Shown in pieces: positions 12,918 to 25,188 of a stretch of 64,000 bases of DNA. This DNA comes from Naegleria gruberi (taxonomy: Eukaryota): assembly GCA_000004985.1 (NCBI GenBank), contig GG738849.1. One strand, given 5' to 3'. A program made the position numbers and the translations under genes. A model generated the notes under the pieces. The model did not search any database. It was not told the origin of the DNA and saw only the letters and a list, made by a program, of their open reading frames with translations. Every line of letters begins with the position of its first letter. Position 1 is the stretch's first letter.

Positions 12918-14402
12918 ATGTTCAATTCTTTCCAAGCTGGCACTCAACAAGGCAGGGCTACTGCTTCAACTCAAGGAAACTTCCAAGTCGCTGATTTGCA
13001 ACAATATCTTCAAGAGAAACGTGTCGAAGATTTGTTTGTTAGCTTGATGCAAGCAATATGTCTGGAACGTCCTGCAAATGTTGTTACCTTCCTCCAACAA
13101 AAGTTACAACAAATTGAAGGATTTGCTTCCGGTGGTAGTGTTATACAACAACAACCAACTTTAATACAACCACAATCACAACAACAACCAATTCAACAAA
13201 CACAACAACCAAAACAAACTGCTAAATCTCCTACTACACAACCTCCTCAAGCTAAGTCTTCAATTTCTTTTGAAAATACTACAGCACAAATTCCACCAGC
13301 TAAAAATCCATCTCCATTCAGTTGGGCTAGTGGTAGTACTGCTTTGGAAGAATCTCGTCCAGTTGAAAAACCAACACCAAAGGAAAGTTCTCAAGGTGTC
13401 CGATTCCAAACATCATCATCAGAACCTGAAGGAATTGATTGGAACGAAAGCGAAAATCGTAGAAGAAGATATTCAATTTCCGTACCAAGAAGAAGAGGTG
13501 TTAGTAGTGAATCTTTAAGTGATTCTAAACCACTCACTGCTGAAGATTTACCTGTGCACAAAAAGACTCCAGATGAAATTCAAAAGCTTAAAGAAGCCCT
13601 TTCATCAAATGCTCTTTTCATGTCTTTGGAAACTGAAGATTTAAAGGTTATTCTCGATGCCATGTTTGAAGTTTCTGCAAAACAAGGTGATAATATTATT
13701 CGTCAAGGTGATGAACAAGGTGATTTATTCTATGTTCTTTACAGTGGTGAATGTGAAGCAATCAAAAAGACTGGCAATGAAGAAAAAGTTGTTAAGGAAT
13801 ATCAAGCAGGTGATGCATTTGGTGAATTAGCTCTTATTTATGGTACACCAAGAGCTGCTACTGTTCGTGCCAAGTCTGATTGTAAACTCTATGCTATTAA
13901 TCGTATTACATTCCGTCGTATTGTTATGATGAATACCAAACGTAAACGTGAAATGTATGAAGACTTTTTGAAACGTGTTCCGCTTTTGGAGACTTTGACT
14001 GACTATGAAAGAATGACTGTTGCTGATGCTCTAGTTCAAGAAACCTATAATCCAGAATCTGATAAGGGACGTTATATTATTAAGCAAGGTGATCGAGGTG
14101 ATGCTTTCTATATTGTTATTGAAGGTGAAGTTGCTGTCAAGAAGAGACTCAATCCTTCTGATGAGTCATCTGAAGAAATTGAATTGACAAGACTTAGCGT
14201 TGGTGATTACTTTGGTGAAATTGCCTTATTAACTGATCAACCTCGTCAAGCTAGTGTTGTCATTCCAGATGATGTTGAAGAAACTGTTAAATTTGTCAAG
14301 CTTAATAGAAAAGATTTCAAGAATCTTCTCGGACCTTGTGAAGAGATCTTGAAGAGAAATATGAGACTTTACAATCAATATGTTACTGCTTCTCAAATAT
14401 AA
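12918..14402 (+). CDS. pkaR: cAMP-dependent protein kinase regulatory subunit (PKA-R) with a long Q/P-rich N-terminal extension.
   Basis: Two cNMP-binding domains carry the canonical 'FGELALIYGTPRAATVRA' and 'YFGEIALLTDQPRQASVV' motifs, plus an 'RRRGVSSE'-type inhibitor site. There is strong similarity to dictyostelid PkaR over the C-terminal 300 aa. The A-rich context 'aaaaaaATG' is at 12918. Confidence 0.85.
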   Translation: MFNSFQAGTQQGRATASTQGNFQVADLQQYLQEKRVEDLFVSLMQAICLERPANVVTFLQQKLQQIEGFASGGSVIQQQPTLIQPQSQQQPIQQTQQPKQTAKSPTTQPPQAKSSISFENTTAQIPPAKNPSPFSWASGSTALEESRPVEKPTPKESSQGVRFQTSSSEPEGIDWNESENRRRRYSISVPRRRGVSSESLSDSKPLTAEDLPVHKKTPDEIQKLKEALSSNALFMSLETEDLKVILDAMFEVSAKQGDNIIRQGDEQGDLFYVLYSGECEAIKKTGNEEKVVKEYQAGDAFGELALIYGTPRAATVRAKSDCKLYAINRITFRRIVMMNTKRKREMYEDFLKRVPLLETLTDYERMTVADALVQETYNPESDKGRYIIKQGDRGDAFYIVIEGEVAVKKRLNPSDESSEEIELTRLSVGDYFGEIALLTDQPRQASVVIPDDVEETVKFVKLNRKDFKNLLGPCEEILKRNMRLYNQYVTASQI

Positions 14403-14593
14403 GAATATTCTTTGGATAACAATTTTTAACTACATTCTAACTGCTCAACAAAACACATGTAAACTTAATGTAAAAAATAGCTAAGTAAACAACTAAAAAC
14501 ATCTCTGATTCTTTTCAAATATTTCAAAATAATATCAACAACGTCATCACTCCCCAACCTGTGTATTGTAGCAAGCAAAAATAAAAATTAAAA

Positions 14594-16480
14594 ATGAGTC
14601 AACTGAATGATGATGCTTCACCAGTGATGCACTCATCACAAAGTAGTTCTTCTGTTGGAGACCCTGAATTGGGTCAACCTACCAGTAGAAGCACAAGTGT
14701 TGCAACATCTACATCTACACAAAAACGAGGTGTGCAAACTTTTGTTGAAAACCAATCTTTTAATGCTTCTATTACGGAACCGGTTGGTAATTATACAAAA
14801 ACAACAAAAAGTTCAACCTCCAACCTGGCATCCTTCCTCAGAAGAAATAGAAAATTAATAGGATTTATAGTATTATTATTTATTTGCTTTTTGGTGTTTT
14901 TGTTTGTGAAATTTGATATTTTACATTTCTCTCCTGATAAACAAGTTGAATCGGAGCATATCGATTTAATAGATCCTCTTGACGATACGGCATCTGTAGA
15001 TAGAGATGACCATACAATAATTCCTTCATCCAAACCATCTTGGAAGAGGCCAGAATTAATGACCATCGACGATTACCAAAGTGATTTTATGAGTGACAGT
15101 GCAAACGAAAAAAGAAAGGCTGTAAGAGATGCATTCATTCACGCATTCAAAGGATATGAAAATGTTTGGGGAAAGGATGAATATAAACCAATCAGCAAGA
15201 GTTTCCACAATTGGATTCAAAATTCTAATGGTTTTGGTATGACACTGATTGATTCACTTGATACAATGGTTATCATGGGTTTGAAACAACAATATGAAAA
15301 ATCATTGAATTATATTAAGAATGACATGCCTTCATTTTCAACAATTAATGGTGGAATTAGTGTTTTTGAAACAACTATTCGTGTTGTTGGAGGTTTTGTG
15401 AGTGCGTATGATTTGACAAAGGAAAAGATCTTCCTCGAAAAAGCCAAAGATATGGCTGACAGATTACTTCCTGCCTTCTCTTCGCCAACTGGTATTCCAT
15501 ATTCGGAAATTAACTTGAGAACTGGTGAGAAGAAAACTTTCGCCTGGGCTGGTAATTGTTGTCCTCTCAGTGAGTTTGGTACTCTTCAATTGGAATTCAG
15601 AAGATTGAGTGAATTGACTGGTGATGAAAAATATAACAAATTAGTTACTAAGATTATGGATGTCATGTTTAAGAATAAGCCAGCCAATGCCTTGTATCCA
15701 ATCAAATTCCATCCTGATAATGGAAATTGGTGCTCCAATCATGTCTCATTGGGTGCTTTGGGTGATTCATTCTATGAATATTTATTGAAACAATGGTTGT
15801 TGAATAGAGGAACAAAGGGTGCTGAGAGGTATCGTGAACTCTATTTGGAAACTGTTAAAGGAATATTTGATCACATGGTTATCAAATCCAATCAAGGCTA
15901 TACCTATGTTGCTGAGTACAATGGCTCTCCATTCCACAAGGTTGACCATTTGGCATGTTTTGCAGCTGGTATGTTTGCATTGGGTGGTTATTTCAATATT
16001 TCCACTCCTGAATCCCCAATCTCAAATAAGCGTCAAATTGAAGTTGGTGCTGAATTCACAAGAACATGTTATGAAACTTATGCTCAAATGCCTTCAGGAA
16101 TTGGACCAGAAACTTTCCACTTTGATCCATCAAGTGGAAGATTCAGGCCTGGTGTCTCTACTTATTTATTAAGACCAGAAACAGTTGAAAGTATTTTCAT
16201 CATGTACAGAGTTACTGGTGATGAAAAGTACAGAGAATGGGGATGGAAGATTTTCCAAGCAATTGAATCAAAATGCAAAATTGCTTCTGGTGGTTACAGT
16301 GGCTTGCACAATGTAGGTGTTGCTAACCCTACTCAAGATGATTTCCAACAATCATTCTTCTTGGCTGAAACATTGAAATATCTCTATTTATTATTCTCTC
16401 CAAAACATATCATTCCAATTGACAAGTTTGTTTTCAATACTGAAGCTCACCCAATTCGTGTTACTCCAACCAATCATTAA
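14594..16480 (+). CDS. Class I alpha-1,2-mannosidase (glycoside hydrolase family 47), type II membrane topology.
   Basis: N-terminal TM 'LIGFIVLLFICFLVFLFV'; GH47 motifs 'VFETTIRVVGGFVSAYDL', 'GALGDSFYEYLLKQW', 'HLACFAAGMFALGG', 'LRPETVESIFIMYRVTGDEKYREWGW'. Confidence 0.85.
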   Translation: MSQLNDDASPVMHSSQSSSSVGDPELGQPTSRSTSVATSTSTQKRGVQTFVENQSFNASITEPVGNYTKTTKSSTSNLASFLRRNRKLIGFIVLLFICFLVFLFVKFDILHFSPDKQVESEHIDLIDPLDDTASVDRDDHTIIPSSKPSWKRPELMTIDDYQSDFMSDSANEKRKAVRDAFIHAFKGYENVWGKDEYKPISKSFHNWIQNSNGFGMTLIDSLDTMVIMGLKQQYEKSLNYIKNDMPSFSTINGGISVFETTIRVVGGFVSAYDLTKEKIFLEKAKDMADRLLPAFSSPTGIPYSEINLRTGEKKTFAWAGNCCPLSEFGTLQLEFRRLSELTGDEKYNKLVTKIMDVMFKNKPANALYPIKFHPDNGNWCSNHVSLGALGDSFYEYLLKQWLLNRGTKGAERYRELYLETVKGIFDHMVIKSNQGYTYVAEYNGSPFHKVDHLACFAAGMFALGGYFNISTPESPISNKRQIEVGAEFTRTCYETYAQMPSGIGPETFHFDPSSGRFRPGVSTYLLRPETVESIFIMYRVTGDEKYREWGWKIFQAIESKCKIASGGYSGLHNVGVANPTQDDFQQSFFLAETLKYLYLLFSPKHIIPIDKFVFNTEAHPIRVTPTNH

Positions 16481-16853
16481 ATTTATACTTCCTTCTATTA
16501 TTTAATTTCTTACTCTAAAGATATTATTTCCTTCTTACTGATACGTGCAATCATCATTGAATTAGAACATCATGAGGAAGTGAATGGTAATCTTCTCTCA
16601 CTGTTACACAGGCAGGAACAAATCAATGTCCAAAGTTCCTCCTTCGTTCTTCCCACATTAAAAAAAAGTTCAAGAGTTCAGTCTTCATCCAACAAAGAGA
16701 GAAGACACATTGTTTTTGCTAAAACAACATTCGCGACATCATATTTTCAATCCTTTAAAGTAGAGATTGACTTTATTATTGTGTGGATCGGAAATCTTGT
16801 CTATCAATTTAGATCATCATCATCATATGGAATTATCATTAAATTAATTAAAC

Positions 16854-19800
16854 ATGAAATCAAATAGTTCGGATGACTCTCCCACAACAGCAATTGCATC
16901 AAATATAATGGAATCAGTCAGACAACATCCTTCCATATCCCTAACTACAAGTAACAATGGTGGTATTCAAAATCAATTATCAACCTCGTTAACGAACAAT
17001 AATTCTAACACTTTATCTCCACTTAAGAGAAATAATATGTTTTGTAGCACTGCTTTCGAAAGTAGTGGATCGGGTGATGGTGATTTATTTGACTTTGAGT
17101 TAAGATCATCAAAGATGAAATCAACAACATCAACCCCAACAACACCTGTAACTTCGAATGTATGTTTTTAAAGATGATGATCATTATTAACGTTTTTAAT
17201 ATGCTTTCTAGACAAGGAACAATATGAACTTTCCAATTAGTAGCAGCACCAATCCAATTATTAATAATCAACAAGTAGATGTTACAATTGATCATCAACC
17301 AAACAAAGAAGCAAAAGATGAATCTGATTATGGTGTTAACATATCTGATACATCATCAACAATGACTTCTTTGGAACCATTAGGAGCAATCATTTTTGAA
17401 CAAAATTCAATTGAGGAACTGAGTTTTGAAGGAAAACAATTAAATGATGAAACCTTTCTGAGGGGTGTTACATTGAATATCGACAAGGGAGTCATTATTA
17501 ATTTACAAAATCAATTACAAAATCATTTACAACAGTATTCTTTGAACACAGCAAGACCTATTGCAGCAGATGAGTAAGTTTAATTTCAAAATTAATTTCA
17601 AAACTAATTTCAAAAGCCCTCAACAATATCATCTCAGAGCTTTACAGAATGTAAAGGAATTGAATCTGTCTGAAAATCAATTATACAGATTTCCTTTCAG
17701 TCTATTCTTCCTCAATTTACCGTCATCACTTTTATCATTAGGAAGCCCTCAACATAGGAAGAATAATGACTTATTACTTCCAAATATTACAAAATTGGAT
17801 ATTTCTCGAAATATTCTCAAAGTGTCAAGAATAGAATCAATTTTAAAGAAACAAAAGAATTTTGAAAAGATTCTGGAAAAGGAAAGAAAGGAATATTTGA
17901 AAGGAGAATCTAGTTCATCACATCGTAAAGTCTCATTGTCATTATTTAAAAATCAGGAAAATAAGGATTCTAATCTATCTGAGGAAGATCATAGGTCTTA
18001 CAGATATGAAAGTCTGAAGGAACTCAAGATGAACTTTAATCAGCTGAAAGTATATCCTCTCTTTGTTCACACTTTCTTCCCAAGACTGGCCAAATTAGAT
18101 TTAAGTTTCAATCATTTGAATTCTGAGAGTATTGAACTTTCTGAGAATAGAAACTCTAAAAGCTTACAAACCATGTTCGAAAAGGAGAGAGGAGTCAAGC
18201 AAAAAAAGTTGGGACTTTTCAATAGAAAGAATCAACACAACAATGATAATAGTCCTCCAAACTTTCTTTCTGTTCACTCTGGTTCTGATGTTGAGACAAG
18301 TCCTGTTGTCAGCAATATACCTACAAACGAAATATGGTCACCAAATACATCGGCAAATGTAGATGAAAAAATTTTCACAAAATCCCACAGTAATCCTATT
18401 AATCCTAACACTCGATTTTTTGAGGCTGGAACTTCAGATCCCTCATTAACAGAGTTAGATTTGTCTAGTAATTTGTTCAAAAATTTCCCCATTTCTCTCA
18501 AGCTTAGGAATTTGAGAATTTTAAAACTCAATAAGAATGTGCAAATGAATCCTATGGCTGAGAAATCGAATATTGGTGATGTGTCAAAGAAGGAAATGAA
18601 ATTGTTGGCTGAAAGTTCAGAAAAGGGCTTTGATTTTGATTCAGACCTTCATAGAGTATGCAAAGACAATTTACCTAATCTGGAATATTTGGAAATGGTT
18701 GATTGCAAATTTGTTACATTCCCTTCCAATATCTTGTGTATAGAACCATTGAAAACCTTGATTTTTGATAAGAATCCATTTGGTGCTGGAAGTTTGCAAC
18801 ACAGAAGTCAGCAAATCGTGCAAAAGGTTAAAATATTATCAAAAGACAAGAATACATCACCAAATATTCTCGAAAAAATCAGTGATGACAGCGATATTAA
18901 CGATTCCTTATTGAGAGGATTCCCAGATCTTACTCAAATTGGATCCAAGTTTAGTATTGGTCTTACAAAATTGTCTGTAAATAGTTGTAGATTGAACCTA
19001 GAGCAAGATTTACCTAGAATTCTCAAATTTTTACCTACACTCAAGTGCCTTAAAGCAAGTAATAACTTATTCAAGGGAAAGATTGATTCTACTTTTGAAG
19101 TTTATTCAAATATTGAAGATTTGGACCTTTCTAATAACTACCTCCAAGGTTTTTCCTTCAATATTTTCCCAAATGCCAAGTTAATTAATTTGGAAAACAA
19201 TAAGATTTGTGAGGAAATAACATGGATTCCTAATTCTATTATCTCCTTCAACTTGCAAAATAACCTATTCTCTGGAGATTTAGAAAAGATTATTTCTAAA
19301 TGTACAGGCCTAGAGGAATTAATTGTTTCTAAAAACAATTTTACATCACTTCCACTAATTGATAATTTCCCATTGTTGAGAAGTTATAAGGTTTCTGAAA
19401 ATAAGATCAGTCTCTCACAATTCCCATTATTGGCCAGTAATAATTTCGACATGAATAACTTGGAAGCAGTTGAAATTGCAAACCATGGCATTCTAGATAT
19501 TCCTTCCGAGTTCTTTACTAGATGTTCCAATGTCAGCGTTCTTGACTTGTCCAGTAATTTTATCAGAAGTATTCCTAGCGAAATAGCAAGACTCACAAAA
19601 TTGACTCACCTCTACTTGAAGTATAACGAAATCTCTGATTTGGTCGAGGAAAGTTTTATGACATTGGCAAGTCTTAAATATATTGAAGCAAAGCAAAATT
19701 CAAAGAGGGTATCCCAACTCATAGAATCAGATAGTAACTTGCATAAATGGCTTGTTGACCACTCGATTGATATTTCAGAGAATAGTTTTAAAGAGCCTGA

Positions 19801-20320
19801 CCTCATTGAACCAACCTTATATCTAGGATGTAAACAATCCTCCTCTCATTACTCTACCTTAAAGAATATTGGTATTACTCACATTTTAACAATAGCAAGT
19901 GAATTCAATCCAAGATTTCATGACAGAGAGTACTCATCACTGCCAGATTTTACAGAAAAATTATCTTTCATAGAATCAAGTCACGAGTTTGTCACAAAAC
20001 ATGTGAAAATGAAGGAAACTCAGAATACAGATCTAATTGCTACTTTTGAAGAATGCTTACCTTTCATTGAAGAGGGTACAGATCAGTCTCAAGGTCCCAG
20101 AAAGATTCTCATTCACTGTCATGTTGGTATCAATAGAAGTGCCAGTATTGTGATAATGTATTTGATGAAGAAGAATCAATGGACTCTCAATGAAAGTTTA
20201 AAATTTGTAAGAGACAAGAGACCTATAGTTCTTCCAATGCCCGAGTTTGTTAAACAATTGAAACAGTACAATATCCAATTGAGAAAGGAAAGAAAAAAGG
20301 ATTCTGGGGTTGGTTTTTGA
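16854..20320 (+). CDS. MAP-kinase-phosphatase-like protein with leucine-rich repeats and a C-terminal dual-specificity phosphatase domain (dictyostelid 'mpl' type). Three exons: 16854..17159, 17212..17573 and 17617..20320.
   Basis: LRRs ('LDLSSNLFKNFP', 'LDLSNNYLQGF', 'LDLSSNFIRSIPSEI'); DSP signature 'VLIHCHVGINRSASIVIMYLM'. The three ORFs 16854..17171, 17224..17577 and 17561..20320 join in frame through a GTATGT...TTTCTAG intron (17160..17211) and a GTAAGT...AAAAG intron (17574..17616). Confidence 0.75.
17160..17211 (+). other. Intron 1 of the mpl-like gene (52 nt, GTATGT...TTTCTAG).
   Basis: Canonical donor and acceptor; joins phase-0 exons 'TPVTSN|TRNNMNFP'. Confidence 0.6.
17574..17616 (+). 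other. Intron 2 of the mpl-like gene (43 nt, GTAAGT...CAAAAG).
   Basis: The donor follows 'GA' (phase 2) and the acceptor restores 'GAC CCT CAA CAA TAT', in frame with the 919-aa ORF. Confidence 0.55.
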
Positions 20321-20612
20321 ATGTTGAGTTCTTGTGAATTATCCAAAGGTTATTTATCAAATAAATAATATGAGATGACTAAAAGTTAACGAGTTCTATA
20401 AAAATCATTGAAATTATTTTCAAATTTGGTGAGAAATAGAATTTTTAGTATCTAAAACATTTGGTGATTTTGTTAAATTACAAAACTGAAATATCAAATT
20501 AGTTTCCTTATTCGATTTCTATTTCAGTAAATCATTCCCCTGTATTTTTTATAATTAAACAGATTTACTCAACTATTAACTTTATTCCAATTTAATTATA
20601 TTACATGTAAAA

Positions 20613-21080
20613 TTATTTAACCTTGGGAGCAATGAAATATCCAGCCTTAACATCCAAAGTATTTCCTTGAATTAAATTCTTTCTTCTTGCTATAGATTCA
20701 GCTTCTGATGTATTCGTTGTCGGAATGTCCTCTCTCCATCTATTATTTCTCTCCTTATAAAATTGCATTGGTGAATACATTGGAATTGTCTCGGAAGGTA
20801 CTTTTGCTTGTTGTAAAATATCCAAACAAAGTACAATATTATTTACATCCTTTGTTAGTTTTTCCAATTGATTTTCCTCTTTAATTGAAACTCTAGATAA
20901 GAGACAAAGTTTGTTGATTTGTTCCTTTGAAATGATTGAATTTTTTGTCGACAGTGCCGAGTCATCATTTACTCTCATCAATTGTGCTATTGAAAAACAA
21001 CTCTCTGGCATGGATCCGCTAGCTTTAAGTTGACTCAGTGTTTTTCCTCTCAAATGTGTTAATACTCTACTTGCAGACAT
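20613..21080 (-). CDS. Small, probably mitochondrial protein, GatC-like (Glu-tRNA(Gln) amidotransferase subunit C-like).
   Basis: 'LLSRVSIKEENQLEKLTKDVNNIVLCLDILQQAKVPSETIPMYSP' fits the GatC consensus (LARLxLxxEE...IL.YV.QL..VDT.GVEP). True ATG at 21078-21080. Divergently arranged, only about 46 nt from the PIG-M ATG. Confidence 0.4.
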   Translation of the reverse strand: MSASRVLTHLRGKTLSQLKASGSMPESCFSIAQLMRVNDDSALSTKNSIISKEQINKLCLLSRVSIKEENQLEKLTKDVNNIVLCLDILQQAKVPSETIPMYSPMQFYKERNNRWREDIPTTNTSEAESIARRKNLIQGNTLDVKAGYFIAPKVK

Positions 21081-21126
21081 TTTTTATATTTCTTACTAAT
21101 ATTTAAATAATATTCAATATATAAAA
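21081..21126. promoter_or_regulatory. 46-bp bidirectional intergenic spacer between the divergent GatC-like and PIG-M start codons.
   Basis: ATG of the minus-strand gene at 21078-21080 and ATG of the plus-strand gene at 21127-21129; the spacer 'tttttatatttcttactaatatttaaataatattcaatatataaaa' is more than 85% A+T. Confidence 0.45.
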
Positions 21127-22586
21127 ATGTCAATACATTCAGAAACCAAATCACCATCATCATCATCGGAACATTCGGCACCATCTTCAATTAAAAACTC
21201 GAATGAATTAACTATTAAACAAGAAGGAAATGTTAAAAAATCATTCATCTTGGGATTTTTAATTAGAATGATTGTAATATTATATAGTATTTGGCATGAT
21301 AGTACATGTATGTTGTTTTGATTTGATACTAGTAATATATAATAGAATTATTTGTTAATTTCTTCAGTCGAGGTTAAATATACAGATGTGGATTACCAAG
21401 TATTTTCCGATGCAGCACAATTTGTTGTGGAGGGAGAATCACCATTCAAAAGAGGAACCTACAGGTATACACCACTCTTGTATGTGTTTTTAAAAATCAT
21501 TCATCATTAGAGTATTTTAATTATTATCAAATTTATAATAGGAGTTTCATGATGATTCCAAATATTTTGATTCATCCAATATTTGGAAAATTAATATTTT
21601 GTGCTGTGGATTTACTTGTTTCTTGGATTGTTTTTCAATTACTAAATTCGAATTTTCACAGATTTTATTCGAAAAATAATAGTGGAAATAATTTTAGTCT
21701 CCTCCTTACTAATTGTACAATTTTATTCAATCCAATTCTGATTAATGTATCTACGAGAGGAAATGCAGATCAATGTATTGTATTACTAGTTCTATTATCA
21801 TTATATGCTCTTGATAAGAAAAGATTACTCGAATCGAGTATATGGTTTGGTCTGGCTGTGCATTTCAAAATTTATCCAATCATTTACTTGCCAACCATTC
21901 TAATTTATTTATGGTATAGTGTTGACTATTTAATGTCAATTAAGGAAAAAATCAAAGCTTGTGTGTTATATTGTTTAATAAGTGGAACTGTATGCCTCTC
22001 TCTCATTGGAATATTTTACTTTATTTATGGATTTGAGTTTTTATACGAATCTTATTTATATCATGCAGTGAGAAGTGATAATAGACATAATTTTTCAATT
22101 TACTTTTATTATCTCTATTTGGGAGGAGCTAATGGAGCTGATAAGGGTTCAAGATTGATTTCACTTCTTGCCTTCTTACCTCAATTTATTTCACTCTTGG
22201 CTCTCTCATGGAAAACCAATAGGAAGAATCTCTTCAATACCATATTTACACAGACATTCCTATTTGTAATGTTCAATAAGGTGTGCACAGTTCAGTATTT
22301 TGTATGGTACATTTCATTATTTGGATTTACTTTACAAGCATTTTTCTATGAGAGAATGAATCGTGAAACACGCTCCAAATCCTTGACTATCCTTATTTTG
22401 TGTATTGTATTTTGGTTTATTGGACAAGGTGTTTGGTTATCAAATGCTTATAGATTGGAATTTTTAGGAGAAAACTCCTTCTTTTCAATCTGGTTGAGTG
22501 GTCTTTTCTTTTTCATTATTAATGCCTGCATTGCCATTGTATTTAGACCAGTCAATGAAAAGATCCATAATAATAAAACAGATTAG
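21127..22586 (+). CDS. GPI mannosyltransferase I (PIG-M). Three exons: 21127..21307, 21368..21479 and 21542..22586.
   Basis: The exon 2 translation '[38 protein letters not shown]' carries the PIG-M DXD motif. The multi-TM body matches human PIG-M ('[19 protein letters not shown]...[18 protein letters not shown]...[20 protein letters not shown]...[13 protein letters not shown]'). Introns are GTATGT...TTCTTCAG (21308..21367) and GTATGTG...ATAATAG (21480..21541). Confidence 0.85.
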
Positions 22587-22869
22587 CATTGTTGTATGCT
22601 GAACAAATAAACACTCTATGTTGTCGACAAGGTTGAAATGCAAAATCGAATTGCTATTGCCATTCACAAAGCAAAATGAAACCTCTTTATGTTACTCAGT
22701 CCAAACAAATCATTGCAAAGGCTTTTTTTAAAAAATATGAAAACATTGTAGCGCGGATCGTTTAAACAAGCAATTAAAGTACCTCATCTCAACTCTCTAC
22801 CAACAATAATCAAAATAGCATTGAAAAGAGGAGCGTTTGCAGCAAAACAATATTACATTTGAAATTTAA

Positions 22870-25188
22870 ATGATGAATTCCCCTAGTAAAATTGAAGATA
22901 CACCTCCATCTACAAGATTGGACGGAACAGACATCAAATTAGAGCCTTTACATCTTTCTTCGACAGAGGAGAATGATGTTTCATCCCAATCCTCTCAGTT
23001 GACAACAAATTCTGACCCTAATTCTATAACCTCTCCGACAACATCTAGTAGTGATTCCCTTCCATCTCCTACCACCTCTATAATTCCGACCATTATTCAT
23101 CAAACAATTCATCATCAATTTTTAGATATTCTACATTTGCCCGAAGAACTTCAAATTTATATTATTCAATTTTGCACACCTCTAGAGCGTTTTCAGGTTA
23201 TTTGCAGAATTTCTAAACACTTCTATAATCTTATTTTCTCCCATAAAGGTTGGAGTTGTGTTGTTGGTTCCATGACCTCTCCTCACATCAAGGACATTTC
23301 AAGTTGCATTTTCGATTGTGCTTGGTTTTCGAAAAAGAAAAAACTTCACACCCTTGCTGTAGGTCTCTCTAGTAGTACAAGTGGTGAAGTCACTGCCTCA
23401 GCAAGTGTAGGTAGAAGGAGGAGAGCCATTCTTCAAGCAAGACTTCCATCCAACAATGGTGATGGTGAACAACAAGAAATTGTCATTAATAAGGACAAAT
23501 CCGACGAAACAATTGAAAATTTATTTAGCAAATGCAATTTTGAACACATTGAAGTGAATTGCTCGACAGTACCTAGCACTAGACTTTTGCTAAGCTATGC
23601 AAAAGAATACTGTAAATATTTAAAAACATTGATATTTGGTTACAATTACCACGTAGATATTAAGGATTTAATAGAGAACATCTTGATTCCATTTTCTAAT
23701 CAATTGGAAAATTTACATTTTAGCTTTCAATGGGATTCTTCAATCATTTACAATGGTCAGGACACCTTAAAACCAACAAGCTCTCCTGTTCAAGACCTAA
23801 ACGTGAAACCTCAACTCTTATTCTCTCCAAAGGGCATTCCATTCTTTGCATCTCCTCAATCCAAAAAAACGGAAGAAAAGCCAAAACCGGCCACTATTAG
23901 TCAATTACCAATTGTGGACTGCTTTACTCCTTCTTTCGAGTTGACCAAACTTAAAATACTGGATATTTTTATTGGCAACTCTTCTGCCATAGCCAAGCAG
24001 TTCTTTATCAAAGTATGCCAATCCTCTCCTAACTTGAGAGTTTGTAAATTGAAAGGAGACATTCAAATAGAAATGCTATTATCCCTTTCTAAATTTTGTA
24101 GATATTTGGAAGTTTTAATTCTGTACAATACCGGTAAAGAGAAGTTAACAGATGAGTCAATAAGTGACATGTTAAAAATTGGAGGGGCTTTCAACATGTC
24201 ATTACGAGTTTTATCCCTGTCATGTCCTTCATTAACACTCAGATCTATTGCACTGATAACAAAGTTTTGTAAAAATTTACAATACTTTGCCATATCAAGT
24301 CTAGATATTAAGAGGGAATCAAATAATGACTATATGACTTTCCACAAACTCGAGCAACTTAAAGTCCTTAAAGTCAAAGATGAAATGAATCATGCAAACT
24401 GGCTATCAGACAGACTACTAAAATGTCTATCAAGTGACATTGAATATATTCAGGTACCTGTACCAACTGATGAATCAGATGTTACATTCACTCTTTCAAG
24501 TGAAGAGATTTCCTTTAAAAAACTCAAAAATTTGAGGCTAACACAGATTAATTCAGAAACTTTTCCAAATTTTTTCCTGGGAGGATGTGCCAACAATCTT
24601 CAAGAGCTCTATTTGGAGTTTGATAATACTCAATGTAGCATGTTGAATCAATTGAAATTATTTGTTCCACAACTGGTAAATTTGACCACACTCACCTTGG
24701 AAATGTCAGAATTTGATTCCACTCTTTTCACCATACTATCACACCTTCCCAACTTACGTAGGCTTTACATAAAGACTCGAGGAAATATTGAAAAGTATGA
24801 AGCTGAAAATGGATGGAAACTCAAAAGATTAATGAATTTGGATACCCTTGTAATTAATAGTGCTTCAATATCCCAATTTTTCACAGAAGATTTTATCATT
24901 TCTCTTAACAATCTAGTAATGATTTGGCTTGCTTGTCCAGTAAATTGCAAGGCAATCATTGATCATGAAGAATTATCTGAAGAGGATAAGCTGAATATTT
25001 CAGTGGAAAATGTCATTAGATGTTGTGACCAGTATATTCACGATCATTTCGATGAATTATCTCAAGAGGAAAAATTGGAAATGAAGAAGGAAATCAAACA
25101 CAGACTAATGGGTGACACTCAATACGAATACAAGTTTATTAGTCCTAAACCTAATATACTAATGCAAAAACATTTTTGCACATTTTAA
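22870..25188 (+). CDS. F-box-like / leucine-rich-repeat protein (hypothetical).
   Basis: F-box-like segment 'LPEELQIYIIQFCTPLERFQVICRISKHFYNLIF', followed by degenerate LRR-like repeats and an S/T-rich N-terminus; single 772-aa ORF. Confidence 0.4.
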   Translation: MMNSPSKIEDTPPSTRLDGTDIKLEPLHLSSTEENDVSSQSSQLTTNSDPNSITSPTTSSSDSLPSPTTSIIPTIIHQTIHHQFLDILHLPEELQIYIIQFCTPLERFQVICRISKHFYNLIFSHKGWSCVVGSMTSPHIKDISSCIFDCAWFSKKKKLHTLAVGLSSSTSGEVTASASVGRRRRAILQARLPSNNGDGEQQEIVINKDKSDETIENLFSKCNFEHIEVNCSTVPSTRLLLSYAKEYCKYLKTLIFGYNYHVDIKDLIENILIPFSNQLENLHFSFQWDSSIIYNGQDTLKPTSSPVQDLNVKPQLLFSPKGIPFFASPQSKKTEEKPKPATISQLPIVDCFTPSFELTKLKILDIFIGNSSAIAKQFFIKVCQSSPNLRVCKLKGDIQIEMLLSLSKFCRYLEVLILYNTGKEKLTDESISDMLKIGGAFNMSLRVLSLSCPSLTLRSIALITKFCKNLQYFAISSLDIKRESNNDYMTFHKLEQLKVLKVKDEMNHANWLSDRLLKCLSSDIEYIQVPVPTDESDVTFTLSSEEISFKKLKNLRLTQINSETFPNFFLGGCANNLQELYLEFDNTQCSMLNQLKLFVPQLVNLTTLTLEMSEFDSTLFTILSHLPNLRRLYIKTRGNIEKYEAENGWKLKRLMNLDTLVINSASISQFFTEDFIISLNNLVMIWLACPVNCKAIIDHEELSEEDKLNISVENVIRCCDQYIHDHFDELSQEEKLEMKKEIKHRLMGDTQYEYKFISPKPNILMQKHFCTF

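Noticed and set aside
16580-16867. ORF 16580..16867 (+) upstream of the mpl-like gene
   Set aside because: It is in a different frame from the mpl start, has no ATG-proximal Kozak-like A-run, and its translation has no features. It is probably 5'UTR.
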